In this document: positions 12,636-26,692 of the stretch, in pieces | Layout: every line of letters starts with the position of its first letter | How positions within the stretch are numbered: position 1 is the stretch's first letter | NCBI GenBank assembly: GCA_030704615.1 | Contig: CM060732.1 | Span: forward strand, 42,036,001-42,100,000 | From: Takakia lepidozioides | Lineage: Eukaryota > Plantae > Bryophyta | Direction of reading: 5' to 3' | Length of the DNA: 64,000 bases | The notes under the pieces: model-generated | Told to the model about the DNA's origin: nothing | What the model saw: the letters and a program-made list of their open reading frames with translations, nothing else | Databases searched by the model: none | Position numbers and translations under genes: made by a program

Positions 12636-15270
12636 GCGAGTAACTTCCAGAACCTTTGCATAATCGCGCCTGCCTGCCATGGGGGAGGCCTGGTGCTGTA
12701 CTAGTAACTTAGTTGTAACTTGGAGGCCCATCACGTAATTCTCACCATTACTGTATGAACATGGTGTATGTATTTCATAGGTTAAAATTATACATAAGAG
12801 GTAGCTGTAAACATTGCTGAAGGGTCAACAAACATGTACAAAGTAGCTTACCTGTCTGATTTCCTTACAGACATAGAGCTTTTTGAAACCAGGTGATTGC
12901 TCACCTGACCACCATGCATAGTATTTATGTGTATATATCCATGTAAGAGCCTAGTAAGCTTTGAACTCACATTTGAGAGGTTAAAAATAGCCCAAACCCA
13001 AGACCACCATGAATGAGTCCTTCCCCTCTGATTTTCTTAAATAGGTCTTTTACAGGATTTTGTAATGTAGGTCTTGATGTGGTGCTAAGTAGGCAGGCCC
13101 TGTCAGACCTCTCAGACCATGGTCCATTCATATCTAGCTCAATCCCTTAAATGGATAAAAACAGAGATCCGGCAATGCATCCTAACAAAGCCGTTCTCTA
13201 CAACTTTCTTTATAAGAAACTCTGAAACACCTGGACATGGGAAATGTCACTACATCAAACTTAGAGGTCTCGATGATGATAATTCGGCAGTTTAAATGCC
13301 AAGTTGAGTGCGAGTTCATCCGTTGGGCTCATACTGAATGCTTCTTGAACCCAGAGGGGCAGTATATATGTCACCAATTCTCAGACACAGCCCAGTGTTC
13401 CAGCCGAAGAGAATGCAGCGTGGGCTACTACCTGCTTGAGCTGCTCCTTTTGTTGGAAGCATTAATAAGTCTTGCAAATGAGATGCGCTCACTCTTTGCA
13501 GGCCGATTGTTAGGCTCTCAGCTTACTCCGATCTTAACTTATACTCGAATCATTACTGTAAAAAGTTGGAGTGAAGTTATGACACTCCCGCGCTTGTGTG
13601 AAGGGTCTCCGCCACACACACACCACAAAATATCCCGCCATCCACGGGACAGCACAGTGAAGCGATAAGTAACGGACGGTATCCGTCGGATGGAAGTACG
13701 GGGATATTCGATTGGGATGGGGACACCCACTACGCACGTCGCATTATTGGTGCTGCACCAACCTCCACTTGAGCCTCTTAATTAATTGTCCCCACCTCGG
13801 GACAAGAGAAAACGTATTATTGAGGAGAGCTTAACACATAAGCAAGTTAATTTAAACTCACTTGACCGGCATGGTGGTGCCGGGGTTCGAACCAGGTGTG
13901 AGGTGGTAGAAAGTAGACGGACAGGATGTGCCCCTTGTTAATATCCACGGTCAGGATCAGGAGACATGTCTTGTCACGTCTACATGAGCGCCACGTGCGA
14001 CTTAATGGGCCGCGTTGGAGGACGTCCCTGGTGAGCCAAGGAAGGGGTCTGTGTAAAAGAAAAGATCTACTGTGCCTCCCCTGACTTCGTTGACCCTCTC
14101 AACCGATGTTCGCCACGTTGCAAGGCTTAAGTCGATGGTGTTTTACATAGTCTCTCAGGGTCGAATTGCCTCTCTCTCTCTGTCTCTCTCTCTCTGTGTC
14201 TCTCGTGTTGGGCAGTCGCGACCACGATGCTCAGGACTCTGTTCTTGGGCTACACTACACAGTGAAGGGTGGAGAGTGTCCTGCTGGAATGGTGGTGGTG
14301 CTGCGCTGCTAGAGGATCCGGTCCTGTGGTGGTGAAGTTCGAGGTGCTGGTGCGGTATCGGTGGTGAGAATCCTGAGGCCCCACTTATACTACGTCCTCT
14401 CTCTTCTTTCTCGCTATCACCCCAGGGCTTCTTTTCATCTAAATTGAATAAAGAACCAGGTCGCCTCAGCATGCGTTAGATAAATGTACAGTATAGTTTT
14501 CAATTTGAAGTCCTCCATTTTGCAAGTTAGCAAGCGAGGTTGGTATCTGCAATGTTGGTTCAGCAGACCTAGCATACAAGAGATTAACAAGTTTTAAGTC
14601 AATGAGAACGTGTCGAGAGTCCGTACCATACAGTCTTGAGATTATTACCTAGCTGTTTTTGGCCTCACAAGAAACTTCTCGCTCCTAAGGGAAGAAACAA
14701 GTAATGAAGGCTTGGTAACAGTACGTCTAACATGAAATTAATTACAATGCTATCAACTTACAAGCCCACGATGTACTGAATTCAACATGCGCAAATCTTA
14801 GATACCATGTTCTCATGACACCCTAACTGGTTTGGGGAACGCCTGCAGTGATTGTTGGAGTCTCTGCTGTTTATGTATGAGCGTTTTTTCCTCGGCTTCC
14901 TTGGCCTTTTCAAAGAAAAACACAATTTTCAGTGCGTAAATAGAGATGGAAACAAGGCAAAGCAGGCACAACAAGCTGATTAAGCCTAAGTGCGATCGAA
15001 TCATTCTCTTTGGTCATTTCTCCCCAAGATGGGAGGCAAAAGGGAGGGGATTAACCTCAGTTCCCATGGTGCTGGCTTCAGCCAACTTTGTGTTTTTGGG
15101 ACCTGATAAATCTCCTGTAGTGGTTCACTCCTGTACTCATGAGGAAAACTAATAATGTTATATCAGTACTGGGTCAGTAGTAATCTGCAACTACTTCACA
15201 AATTTTTTCTTACGCCTGTTTGTTACGCCTGTACGTTTGTGCAGGTTTGGTTCTCGGTCCTAGTCTAAGG

Positions 15271-18200
15271 ATGTTGCATGTGAACCACCTTCAACAAGAC
15301 ATAGCCATGGAATATCTTACACCGATGACAGCAAATTTCTTCCCCACACACCCTGGGTTCTCTGAAGTGCCTTTGCAGAGTGCAATGTCCAACTATGGAC
15401 CAGAAACCGGATATTCCATGGAATATTCTCCGGATGAGGGACTCAACAATGTGTCACATCCCGTGACTCCTCTTGATGTGGGAAATGGCGATCCTTCCAG
15501 TCTTTCCAGCCAATCATGCCCTATGGTTCAAACCCATGGGATGGAAAGCCTTGGAGGAGGGAAGAGCGATCAATATGGGTGCCAGCTGGATCACGGGACT
15601 CTCAGCCAGATATCTATAAGACAAAATCTTCCACAGCAGGTTATGCCTACATCTTTTTATATGATCCTAAGAAATTTAGTGAGCACTAGCTTTTTTTTTC
15701 TTTGACAATTCTTCTTCTTTCTAGTATGTGGGAACCTCTTGTAAATTGGGACTTTGGATGTACGATGTGAGCAGAATGAAGCTCTTATGGAACCAGCAGC
15801 ATCGCGAACTAAGGCTAGAAGAAAATCCAGTCAATCTAGCCGTGGGCCACGCAGTAGGTTCAACCTCAAGGGCGTCACTTATTACAAACGAACCCATCAT
15901 TGGGAATCTCACATCTGGTAAAGCATCTTCCATCATGGTTGTCCAAGGCATATTTGAGTCAAGACTTTTTCACATGCAGCTCAGATTTATATGGATGCCT
16001 TTGCTCTTAGGGGCTTAGGTTCTTTTCTGGCATGGGCCGAGTCCTACATGAGAAGAACAATAACAATAGAAGAGGGCCTAATTATCTATGACATAGCTGC
16101 AAGCTACTCTTTTTATTTTCAAGTTAGTGAGGCTACTAATTGGTCTATGGTGTTATATGTGTACTGCAAGAGGCAGGTGGAAGAATACCTATGCAAGTAG
16201 CTAATTCTCCACTTTACATTGTGTCTATATTTGGCAGGTCCAGGATTGGAAGAAAAAAACAGATTTACATTGGTTAGTTATCTCAAGCAATGCTTGGTAT
16301 ATCATAGAAATAATTCTCTCGACCTTGCATATGAACTGTGGTTTCAGACATTAATGAGTAATTAGACGCAATTCTTTTTATTTCTTTGTTTGCAAGGGCG
16401 CTTAACCAAATAGCTCTTACTCACCTGGGATATTCTGTTATGGCTAGTACATTGAAGGTTTTGTGCTTTAGTAAGTGTATGTCTATCATTTCCTGACTTA
16501 ACATCTGCTGGCCGTGTCCAATATTCCACACAGGTAGATCACAGACAAAAGAAGCAGCCGCCAGGTACAAACATTACTTTTCTTGAGATGAATTCAGAAA
16601 AGAATGAAACTGTCAGATTATATAAATTTTAATTTTTCAAGGTACCATCATCTAACATATCACTATGTTGCCTGGTTGACAATGTGAACTAGGTTGTTCG
16701 ATATCGCAGCACTTATCTTTCGAGGGCCAGAAGCCTTCACAAACTTTGAGGCCAAGTGCTATGCAAAGGACCTCCTCAAAGTAAGAGTATCTAAGTTTCA
16801 CACTTTATAATGTATACTTTGCTGTCGGCAAAATGGTACACTTAAAGGCGCCCAGAAGGTAACATAATGATACTAACAATATTATGTATGTGGCTGATTG
16901 CAGTTGAGAGGTCGTCCAGCCAAACAGATACTCATTTACCTTCGGCGGGAGAGTAAGGGACCGGGCGCTGTAGCCCCATATCCATGCGTGAAGATTCACT
17001 TTCCAAGCAAAAAATACATGGCTGAGTACAAGGAGAAGAGAAAGAAGTAAGTATATCTAGTTTCCAGGGGAACACCCGGTCTTTTTATAACTCACCTTTC
17101 CACTCCAGAGGTCTAATATTTGAATAGACTGCGATGTATTGAGCACTGGAGTTAGTGTTTCGTAGTCGACTTGCCAGTCCTTTCCAAGTACCTCACTGAT
17201 TATATATTTGTGAGGGCAGCCAGGGAAAATTTGTGTTCGGGTTCAAGCCCTCCAATCTGCATTTCAAGGCTCAATATTATTGCAGATATGTTTGTAACAA
17301 ATGATATTTCAGATGATTGTTTTATTGCGTGAAATTGACCATTTTTTCTTCATTGCAGATCAACAACAATAGGCCTCTTTGACACGGAAGACGAAGCTGC
17401 GGAGTGCGTATTATTGCGTTCACCACCACTACTCTTTCCATGTTAATATAGCTTTGGCTATACCGAAATTCTCTCTTACGGTTGAATATTGGAGACCAAT
17501 GCAGCTGTGCCCAGCACCAGAGACATATCCGAAGTCTTATCAGCTACTTGTTCAGCTTTTTAATTGGTTTTTTGTGCTCCTCGTTTCTTAATGGTTCAGT
17601 TACATGGTTATAAGCTGAAGGAAGTGTTTTTGTGTTTTGCAGTGCAGTTACAATTGAAGCCAAAAAGAGAGGCAACAAAAGTTTGGTTGACCTTATATGG
17701 CACACCAGTTGTGTACGACAAATCCCATCCTCCTTCGAAGAGGAGGAGGACGACATGGGTATGTTCAGAAATTGAATTTCGTAGGTATCCATTTTTTTAG
17801 AGTTGAGGCTTTCACGCTCTGAACTAGTTGTAAACTGTCATACAACTTGGTTATGCATGTAAGATGCTTCATTAGAGACTTATAACAGGCCATACTTATG
17901 AGGGTGTAAAGATGATCATCCCTACCATAAGATCATAGTTTTAGTAATGCTGCTGAAGTACCTGACCAGACATTTGGCTATAATCTCAATGTGGCAAGAT
18001 CTGAATGTGTTCAATGTGTTTAGGTGCAGACCCAAGCTCAAACCCTGAAGACAGGTTAATAACCTGGAGTGACATCACCGAGAAGATGAGGACATTGAAG
18101 CTGCAAAATATGGAAATTACTCAACCGACCCATGCAACTGAAACAAAGAGCCCAACTACAACAAGGACCACTTCTATCACAGGTACATATTTGAGTTCAA

Positions 18201-19322
18201 GACCACATAGAGATACTTTCGAGCTTTGAAAACATAAAAATTAACAAATTAGGGGATTAATTTCCAAGCACTTGGCCAGTTCAGACATCAATTAATTGAT
18301 AGCTGATGATTCAGAATTTCCAAATAAGCTCATATATAATGACCAATGATCACTAGAGGTAGGATTTTATGTGCATGCCAAAAGAGACAGCTTTCAACTG
18401 GTTAAGTTCTAACTGTTACAACTGCTTCCAAGTGCTAACTGCTCTTCATAGGTGTCTTTTAGTATTTCTGGAGGATGAATTTAAGCTTCATTTCTTAAAG
18501 TACTCTTCTTGAAAAGCTGGTGGAAGGATGTTGAAGGTTCTGAGATTGTTGCCGTTACAGTGCATGGCTGGTTAGATGCATGATGAATATGCTCGTGAAA
18601 GTAAAAGCATTTCAGCTTGCAAGTACGCATGCTATAATTGACAGAGTCTGAAGGAAATAGGGCCAAGTTTAGTCGCTAAGTTCTAGCACTTGAAATTCTT
18701 GTATTGACGGCTGATTAATGGTTGACTTTCAGAAGCGGATGAGGTTTTCCCCCCTGAGGAGACTCAGCTACAGCCTAGCTGTGAAGGTGAAGGTGATATG
18801 TATTTTGGCCAACCCTGTGCATTTATTAGGCCCACTAAACCTACTGCTTTGAGGCCTACGGTGGCATCTGCAACACCTTGTGGTCAAGGACAGGGTCCCC
18901 TCAACCCCCCTCCAGGCCTTTCCAGTGCCTCTTTGGACGGTCAAGAAATTGAAACCCCCAGCCAAGCAGCACAGCGGTACAGCCTATGGTGGAGTCAGAC
19001 TATGTTGGATCAGTGGTGCATTGATTTTATGCGGTATTTTCAGTTGTATGCCGCTAACCCAGCCATTAACCCGGCACTGCACTCTCCTGGTGATCATGTC
19101 CATTGGTCACTTCCAATATATGCCACCAACCCAGCCACTAATTGGACACTGCCATCTGGTGGTGATCATGTCTGGCATAGGCCTCTTTCAACATATGCCA
19201 CTAATCTGGCACTGCAATCTGGTGGTACTCATTCAGATCCCCCTAATCTTCCTCAATATGTGGCTGTGGCAAGAGGAAGAGAGCAGGAATGTACTTCAAT
19301 TTTTGGAGGGAGCCAGCATTAA
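15271..19322 (+). CDS. euAP2-like transcription factor, paralog 2; 10 coding exons, ~572 aa; second AP2 domain degenerate
   Basis: Model join(15271..15639,15775..15917,16238..16272,16534..16564,16693..16780,16904..17046,17359..17403,17643..17758,18024..18182,18733..19322) = 1719 nt, GT-AG, frame-consistent. Motifs: RGPRSRFNLKGVTYYKRTHHWESHIW, KQIYIG, RLFDIAALIFRGPEAFTNF, LRRESKG linker, GLFDTEDEAA. Intron positions match paralog 1. A CT-rich putative 5' UTR lies near 14170. Confidence 0.9.
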
Positions 19323-20149
19323 CTCCAGCAGTCTGAGGCATTACAGCTTGCATTTCTTCCCAAGGAGCAGATTATGGTCAGAAGGAGCAAAACGACCCTG
19401 AGCCTGAGCCTGAGGTATATTTCACCCTATAGTCCCCCCAAAAAATTACAAGTATGCACAAACTAAATAATTAGAGGGCTGCAGCACATAGTTTTGCAGT
19501 TGCTAGTTTACCCTCAGGAAAGTCTTAAAATAGGGTAACCTGCAATCTGCTCTTATTAGACCAGAGAAACACCATGACAATAAAGCAACCTTGGTGTAAT
19601 GATTTGGAAATGAGATACGTTCTTCTTCTAAACGGAACTTCTCAGAGGCTGTGCCTCTGTATTTGTTATTGTTGTTATTATGGGGTTGTTCTACTTCTTG
19701 TGTAGGTCCTTTAATCTGTGTAATGAGACCTACGAGCAATGTCCAGACATCTCCATCTTTTCAGGTCCATGCCATAGCATCTTTTTCTTATTAGGGATCA
19801 AGTGAGAGTCAGTATCAGACATCTTGTGTGTGTATGAGCCTATAAGCAATGGGCACCTTAATCCTTTTTTGGTCCCACAGGGGAAAGGAAGAGCTTTACT
19901 CAACAGAACCCAGAACCCTCCAAGGAGGAAGAAAACAAATGTGAGGCATGATATGCCACTTTAACCTACTAAGCCCCAAATCTCATCTTAATCCTTTCAG
20001 TTAATCTCCAGTAATGTCCATACCATCTTTTTCTTCGTACCAAATCTTCTCTTTTGGGTAAAACATGGGCTGAGACCTGTCATGAAGATCAAGTGAGATT
20101 CACTCTCTGTAATTTTTCATTTATCTTGAAACCCTCTCTCTTCCTGCTA

Positions 20150-21330
20150 TAAAGATCATGTGACAGTCAATATCAAATGCATATTTCGATGTGCAAACAA
20201 CCTAAGTCAATCTCTGAAGCAGAAGAGGTGAATCCATGTCAAAGAGGTCATCATGTCCTCCAGAGCTTTATCTATGAAGTAGTGGATCTAACCTTCTTAT
20301 CTCAACACTAGAGGTATCGCAGTAAGTAAGCCTTCTCTATGCATGACGTGCTCATTATATTAAGTACTCTTGTGAGTGAGAGTTAGCTTGGTTATACTTC
20401 TCACAATCTCAGAAGTAACTGCAAACTCTGTCTTATGGGTCTTCTCCTTACAAACCGTTACTCTCTAGGTCTTTGCCAATTCCCTCCGTTTCGGTGCAGA
20501 AAAAGTCTTATGAGTACATTCTAAGTGTAAGTTTCTATGGAAGAAATCTGAAACATTTGGTTGAATGATGTGGTTCGAATCTGGTAGATGACTAGTGTAA
20601 GGTCGCTTAATCAGTTATGCCAACATCCATCCACGTTTAGTAGTTATGGGAACACCACCTGGGAGCAATATGGGCCGGAACATTGAGAGGCTCACTAATA
20701 ATCGACAGATTATCACAGATCATTAGGCCTGCATCCATAATCATTAGATGTATTTTCATCTTCTATAGTCCAATTATATCTACTGTGGAAGAAGTGACAA
20801 GTAGAAGTCATGAGGTCACATGGGTTGCATGAGGCTTCCGCTTCTACCACACTTGATGCTCCGGCTCTGCCCATCACCAACCTCAAACTTCAAGGTGCTT
20901 CTTGAGGGTCCTTTGCTTTACACAAAAGACACTCCAGTATCCTGTCAACTCGGGGTGGGCCAAGCGTTCCAACCGCGCCCCCTCCCCCGGCACTTGGAAA
21001 ATTCTTGACGGTGCTGTATGGGACTATAAAATAAGAGAGGCCATCAGGCTGCATTCTAGTTTTCCTGCCACATGACTTCACATCCTCCCTTCCAGAGAAG
21101 TGAAATTGAGTCTTGCTATCATAGTCCTTTCAAACGCAGTATACGCGCGTCAGGTCCTTTTGTTGACTGCAGTTTGTCTGCAAAGTTGTATGTTTTTCCA
21201 GGAGAAGAGCTCTAATACCTTCAGGCCGACTGGCAGGCTGACGGACTGAAGCTACTCTTTGCAGAACAGATTAGAGAAGATCATCTTATGCTCATCGCTC
21301 AATATCATTACTGCAAGAAAGTGGACTGGA
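20150..21330. repeat. 3' flank of AP2 paralog 2, homologous to ~5900-7130
   Basis: Same collinear anchors as listed for 5900-7130. Confidence 0.85.
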
Positions 21331-22002
21331 TTCCGCTCTCGAGTGGGCCTCACCGAGTCCTCCTCACTCTAGTCATCCCATGTTTTGGTAAATATTGGAC
21401 GTCCAAGAGTCGTTCGTCGCCTCGACGACGGGTCTCCACACAATTCGACGGGAAAAAATATATCCGGCTATGGACGTTTCAGCCGCGTCAAGCGTCGAGC
21501 AACGGATGGAATCCCAGGGACGGAGATGCGGTACCTGACGGCCACTAGCCGGGACATTGCATTATGGGCGCTGCCGCCCTACACGTCACTTGAGTCCACG
21601 CCGGGTTTTCCCATTTTCTTTTTCTTTTTCCGGGTTTATTTATTTATTGGTATATTAATTTTAAAAACTTATTTAGAAAAACTTATTACGTAATAATATT
21701 ATATAATATGTGTATGGGTCATGGATGGGGTGCCTATCTTGGTCATGATGTGGATAGGCCTGGTCATGATATGCATTTGTCGGCATCACCGTAGAGCAAG
21801 AGTAGGTATATAGATATTGGTATGACTGGTATTCGTATGTGAAGGTAATACAGGCATGGTCGTATGGTGTGGAGGCAATGCAGGGAACGTTGGCGTGCAC
21901 ACGAATATAGGCAGGGTGGTGCAGTGTCAGTCTGGAGGAGCGATAGGTATATCCGATGCCGCCGCAACATTTAACGGAGGATTGTCAACGTATCTTCTAC
22001 AT

Positions 22003-22091
22003 TGATTGCTTCCAATGCTGCTTCAGCCTTCAGGTGTCCCTAGATAGTATCTAGGGACACCTGAAGGCTGAAGCAGCATTGGAAGCAATCA
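22003..22091. repeat. Perfect 89-bp palindrome (44-bp arms, 1-nt spacer)
   Basis: 22003-22046 is the exact reverse complement of 22048-22091. Confidence 0.98.
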
Positions 22092-24761
22092 TTTTCTGGC
22101 AATGGATCTTATGAAGACGATGAGGGCACCAGAGGCCTCCTCTAAATTCTTGGCGTGGTCGTCGGAAGTTGCACACGTGAGAGAGGTTAACGTCTGCATG
22201 AGTGCCGTTTGGCTGGCGGCGGGGCGGTCCCTGCTCTCTTGGGCTTGGGCCGAGGAAGCTGGCTGGGATTTGAGTGGAAACTGGAAATAGGGTTATAATT
22301 TTAATTCCCCCCTTGTTCAGGAGGTTTTTCTGAGGTTGCCTTTCCTATCGTGGTGAGGTTTGTGTGGTTATAAGAGAGCAAGGTAGGCAGATGGCTTGGG
22401 CAAACCTGTTCACCAGTAGTAGCAGGAGTTTTCGGCTGCTCCAAACTGTGCTGAGGTGCTGCTTCTGTTAGAATTTCTGTAATGGTGAAGGGAGTACTGC
22501 TGCCGTGGTGGTCAACAATGACTTGTTGGAGACGATAGGATACTCTGGGCCTGCTCAAAGGCAGTCTCTGGCCTTCTTGGGCACTCCTGGGCCCTCTCCT
22601 CTAGTCGATTTTTTCTTCCCGCCCATTTGTGCTTTTCTAGGTCTACTCCTGGAGGAAAGGTATCTACATCCAGCCAGGCCTTGACACAACCAGCTCCAGC
22701 CAGTTGAGAGGCGAAATTGATCTTGTAGTGGAGGTGCTGTCGGGTTGATATCTACTGGATCCGTTGCCAGGTCTTTCCTTGCCAGAAGTGTTGGTAGTTT
22801 TCAGAAGTAATATGACCCAATGAGGTCAGAACAGGTCCAACCAAATGTGCTAGTGATATGTACTTTCTGAGGTAGTCACAGTGATGCTAAGTTATACGAA
22901 AATGTGCTGGTTACACTTTTAAGTTCATTTCCATTATGTACAAGATTACCAAACCTATTTTCATCATTGGGCATATGTACACCAGTAGCCTGTTCACACA
23001 TTTTCTACTTCCACTGAATCTCATAAAATTATTTGTACCAGATATAATTTATCCTACTGCACTGGGCATGTGCATCCTCCACATGGATGCGATAATAAAA
23101 AAGACAGGAAAACATATAGTTAGATTTTACCCACTATTTTCATACTCGACCCTTTACCTTTCAAGAAAGAAACCCGGGCCATCCAGGCTTTAACTCATGG
23201 GTTCCTGATCGATAACATCTGATTGATTCTTCATTTCAAACTGCCAAAGTCCACGTAGGGAACTAGTAGAGGATGACTGGTCACAAATTGAATAGAGCTC
23301 TTAAAATGCTTTAGTAGGTGATGGTATGTCAAGGTTGTGCTTCATTAGAGTTTTCACTTTTAGCTTTTATTTGCACAAAGGCTAGGTTTTACCAGGCCAC
23401 ATTCCAAAGCGATGGTCCAGCTATGCTAGACTGATAGAATAAGCTAGAATGAAGCAACTTTGAATCGTTGACTGTAGGCATTGTTGATATGGTCCTCATA
23501 ATTATCAAAAGCTAGGAATCAAACTGGTTGACTGGATTCCACACCCAAGTTAAAGGCAGGTCGATATGACCTATGACCTGGGTTGTTGCAAATCATTCAT
23601 GGGTAGTTATAACTGAAAGTGGTTATCAAGAATTTTCGGTGGCGCTTCAGATCTGCCTCTAGAAAGGGCTAACTTATAAGTATCCGAAATCTTGGAAAAA
23701 ATTGTTTTTAAAGGTCCAAAACAGGGAGTCCGGCCTGGGAGCAGCAAAATGGCAGGTTAGGAATGGGTGGCAGTTAAGGTTTTATTCTTGAGTAGCAATG
23801 GGATGCAGGGCTGCAAACACACAAGTGGTCGAAGCTTCCAGAAGGAGCTCCGGCATGGGGTGGGCCTACCTGCCCACCCAAGGGAGTGAGGGCTTTGCTC
23901 TTTCCCGGCCTCCTAGATAGTACTCACTTTGGTGGGCTCTGACTACGCTGCAAGCCCTACAACAAAAATAAATTGTATGTGCAGACCATGTAGCACAGCA
24001 AGATAAATGTGTCTTAAATCACTTGTCCTAAGTTGCAGTCCTTTGTCACTCGATTTGAATTTGAAAAGGACCCATGGAATCGGACACTTTGGTCATTTCA
24101 GCAGACTTGGTGACAACACATGCATTTTCTGTTGTGTATCTAGAAACAGTACACATGTGGTTCAACGCTCATGCAGCAAAGAGACATACACAAGCTGCTC
24201 ATTGGGTCCCAAAGCTGGAAGCATGATCATATGCCCAACAATTTCCAAAATGAACCTTGCAGCACTATGATCCAGATTCCAGAGGAGAACGTGAAGTGGG
24301 GCGAGAGTGGGCAGGAAAACATGAATCATGGCATGGTGCTACTCTTGGTCCTTCCTCTCTAATACCTTTATAAGCCAGCCAGTTGTTCTCACTGGAAAGT
24401 TTTGCAAAACACGTTTGTTACTCTGGCGACAGACCTGTACAGAGCAGCTCCCATCAACCCATGTGCACCCAACAATAAATTAGTTTGTAGTTTTAATCTC
24501 TTATCAACTCTTGTTCCCAGTACAAATTCATAGCTTGAGAAATAGATTTGAACTTCGATTAAACCACATCAGTTATGCTAATGCAGCTTTAATAATGTTG
24601 AGTGTTGTCTGATAATTCCTTCATTCTACACTCACTATCTTCTTTTTAAAGGAAACTTAACGCCTAGCCCCTACATCAGTGAGAGAACAAAATAACCTCT
24701 TTCACAGTAACCTCACCACCCCCATTGAGGCACCCAGCCTCAAGTACACCTCAGTGAGAGG

Positions 24762-24804
24762 CAGTGTTTTTTTCTCTGGCGAGACAAATCGTCAGATTTC
24801 GACC
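24762..24804. mobile_element. MITE-like terminal sequence, same family as 8105-8368
   Basis: CAGTGTTTTTTTCTCTGGCGAGACAAATCGTCAGATTTCGACC; CATCCA-rich tract at 25110-25275. Confidence 0.45.
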
Positions 24805-26692
24805 TGGAAAATGGGTCAGCTACTTGTAAGGAATTATGGGGGGAAAAAATCATAGCCAGAAAGCAATACGTGTACTTTGGTGTTGATTTTCTGAGTGTGG
24901 ATGAAGTGTACTGTGTCTGTCAGCTAGTCATGCTCATGAATGTAAAGTAGTTGAGAAGATTCTAGACCTGCGCTCCTGGTCCTCTACAGATTATCCTTCT
25001 TACCTTGCATACAGGCTTTACCTGACTACATACCCCCTTAATTAGCTCAGCATAACAGAGGAAGAGGAATCATTGGTGGAGCAGGAATACTAGCTTCACA
25101 CCCTTTTGGTCATGATGGATGAAAATAGGGCATGTCCCAATTTGAAGAGAGACCTTCAGACATCCATCTCAAACAAATGTGTGGGATGGATGGGGATGCC
25201 TGTAGTTCATCCAGATACTCTTATTCACCATAATCCATAGAAAAAAAGTTCATAAATCATCCAAGTTCATCCATGAAACTTCAGTCTACACTTGTTATAT
25301 TTTAGCACCAGAATTCAGCTCCTTATAAAAAAGAGTCACTGTTGGTCCACTTTACTGACATCCCATAAGTTGGAGGAAAATAAAATGAAAGGTAGGAGAA
25401 ATGCTAGACTGGAATTTGTAGTGGGCTCTTGGGTAACATGAGAGCGACAATAGAAATAGAAACAAGAGGGTTGCAAGGGGGAGTCGCTATCACCGTCTCG
25501 AGTACATCAGTGCATCAGTGACCTATCAGTGACTCACCCATTGCTTGTTGCAGTATACAAGTGCATGGAAAAACAGACTTCTGATCCCTTACAACCAAAC
25601 CACCCTCCTTACATAAACTTGTCGTCCAATGAACCTGCAAAATTTTCTCTGAGAAAGCTCCAACTCTTGCAACCATGGTGGAAGAGGGAGAATGCTCTAG
25701 AACCCTCACGAAGTTCCAGAGAAATCTGCTCCAGCCCCTGCAACCCTGGTGGAAGTAGGAGACTGCTCTGCTGGTCACACAAGGGCGGCGCCCATGCATC
25801 TTTCCAGCGGCTCCTGTCATGCGGAAGGTAGTATACTGCATTCTTCATCCTTGCATGGTGAAAATTACTTCCTTCCTAACAGTACCTCATCTGCTCTTGA
25901 AAGTGGTGCCAAAATCAAGGGAAGGTGGTGTTAGCTGTTGTGTAGAGGTTCAAGTAATGTGTAGAGGTGTGTAGCTATTTCATTCCAAACGCAACTAGAA
26001 GTAGGTTTTTGGTCTAGACAACATCCTGGGATTGTTCCACTGTTTCTGGGTGTTGTGGATTGGAGACCTGTAGCTTTTATGTGTGGTTAGGATGCATCAG
26101 ATTGGTGGATCTCAGAGGGAATATCGGAGATCCCATTGGCACATGCAACTGGCACTTTGCTTACCTCAGATGATGCACGGAGAGCATCAATCCCTTTGGC
26201 GCATCCAGCTTTCTTGCTGACTCCTAATGCATGCTACTCCGGAACACACTCCTGAGATAGATCCTCCAGCCAAGGCGAAATCCCAGTACATTCAGGAAGC
26301 GACCATCAGGTAAATACTTACTGATTGTAGGGCTTTCATCAACTTAAACAATCTTTGGAACTCTTTGGGACAACACCTATTGGTAACTCTTTTGTGATAG
26401 AGGATAGCAGAGGATAAGAGCCAGGCCTATACCTCATGTTCTCCTTTTGGTCAAAGTTTTTGGAACGCCTTTGGAACAGCCCTTACCGACTCATCTTCTG
26501 CGATAGAGGATAGAAGAGGAAAGCAAAATGTATGAGGCAGGCCCATACCTCACCTCCTAGTCTTTTTATTTCCAAATATTTCTCAATTTTTCCTGCTTGT
26601 TCTCCTATGGCAGGGGCAGGACTCTAGGAAGAAAATGGAGCTCATGGTGCTCAAGATAAAGAGGCAAATTCTTAAGCTGAGGATGAAGGAGT

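Noticed and set aside
13620-13760. Weak similarity to ~21440-21590 and a B-box-like GGTTCGAACC at ~13884
   Set aside because: Too degenerate to define boundaries or class.
13761-13771. AACCTCCACTT as a ninth copy of the 24-bp palindrome
   Set aside because: Half-site only, with no right arm; compatible with chance.
22092-23960. Possible LINE ORF remnants
   Set aside because: GC-richer patches look coding, but I recognise no endonuclease, RT or zinc-knuckle motif.
25500-26690. Short ORFs and local duplications as a gene
   Set aside because: No recognisable domain or consistent exon chain.
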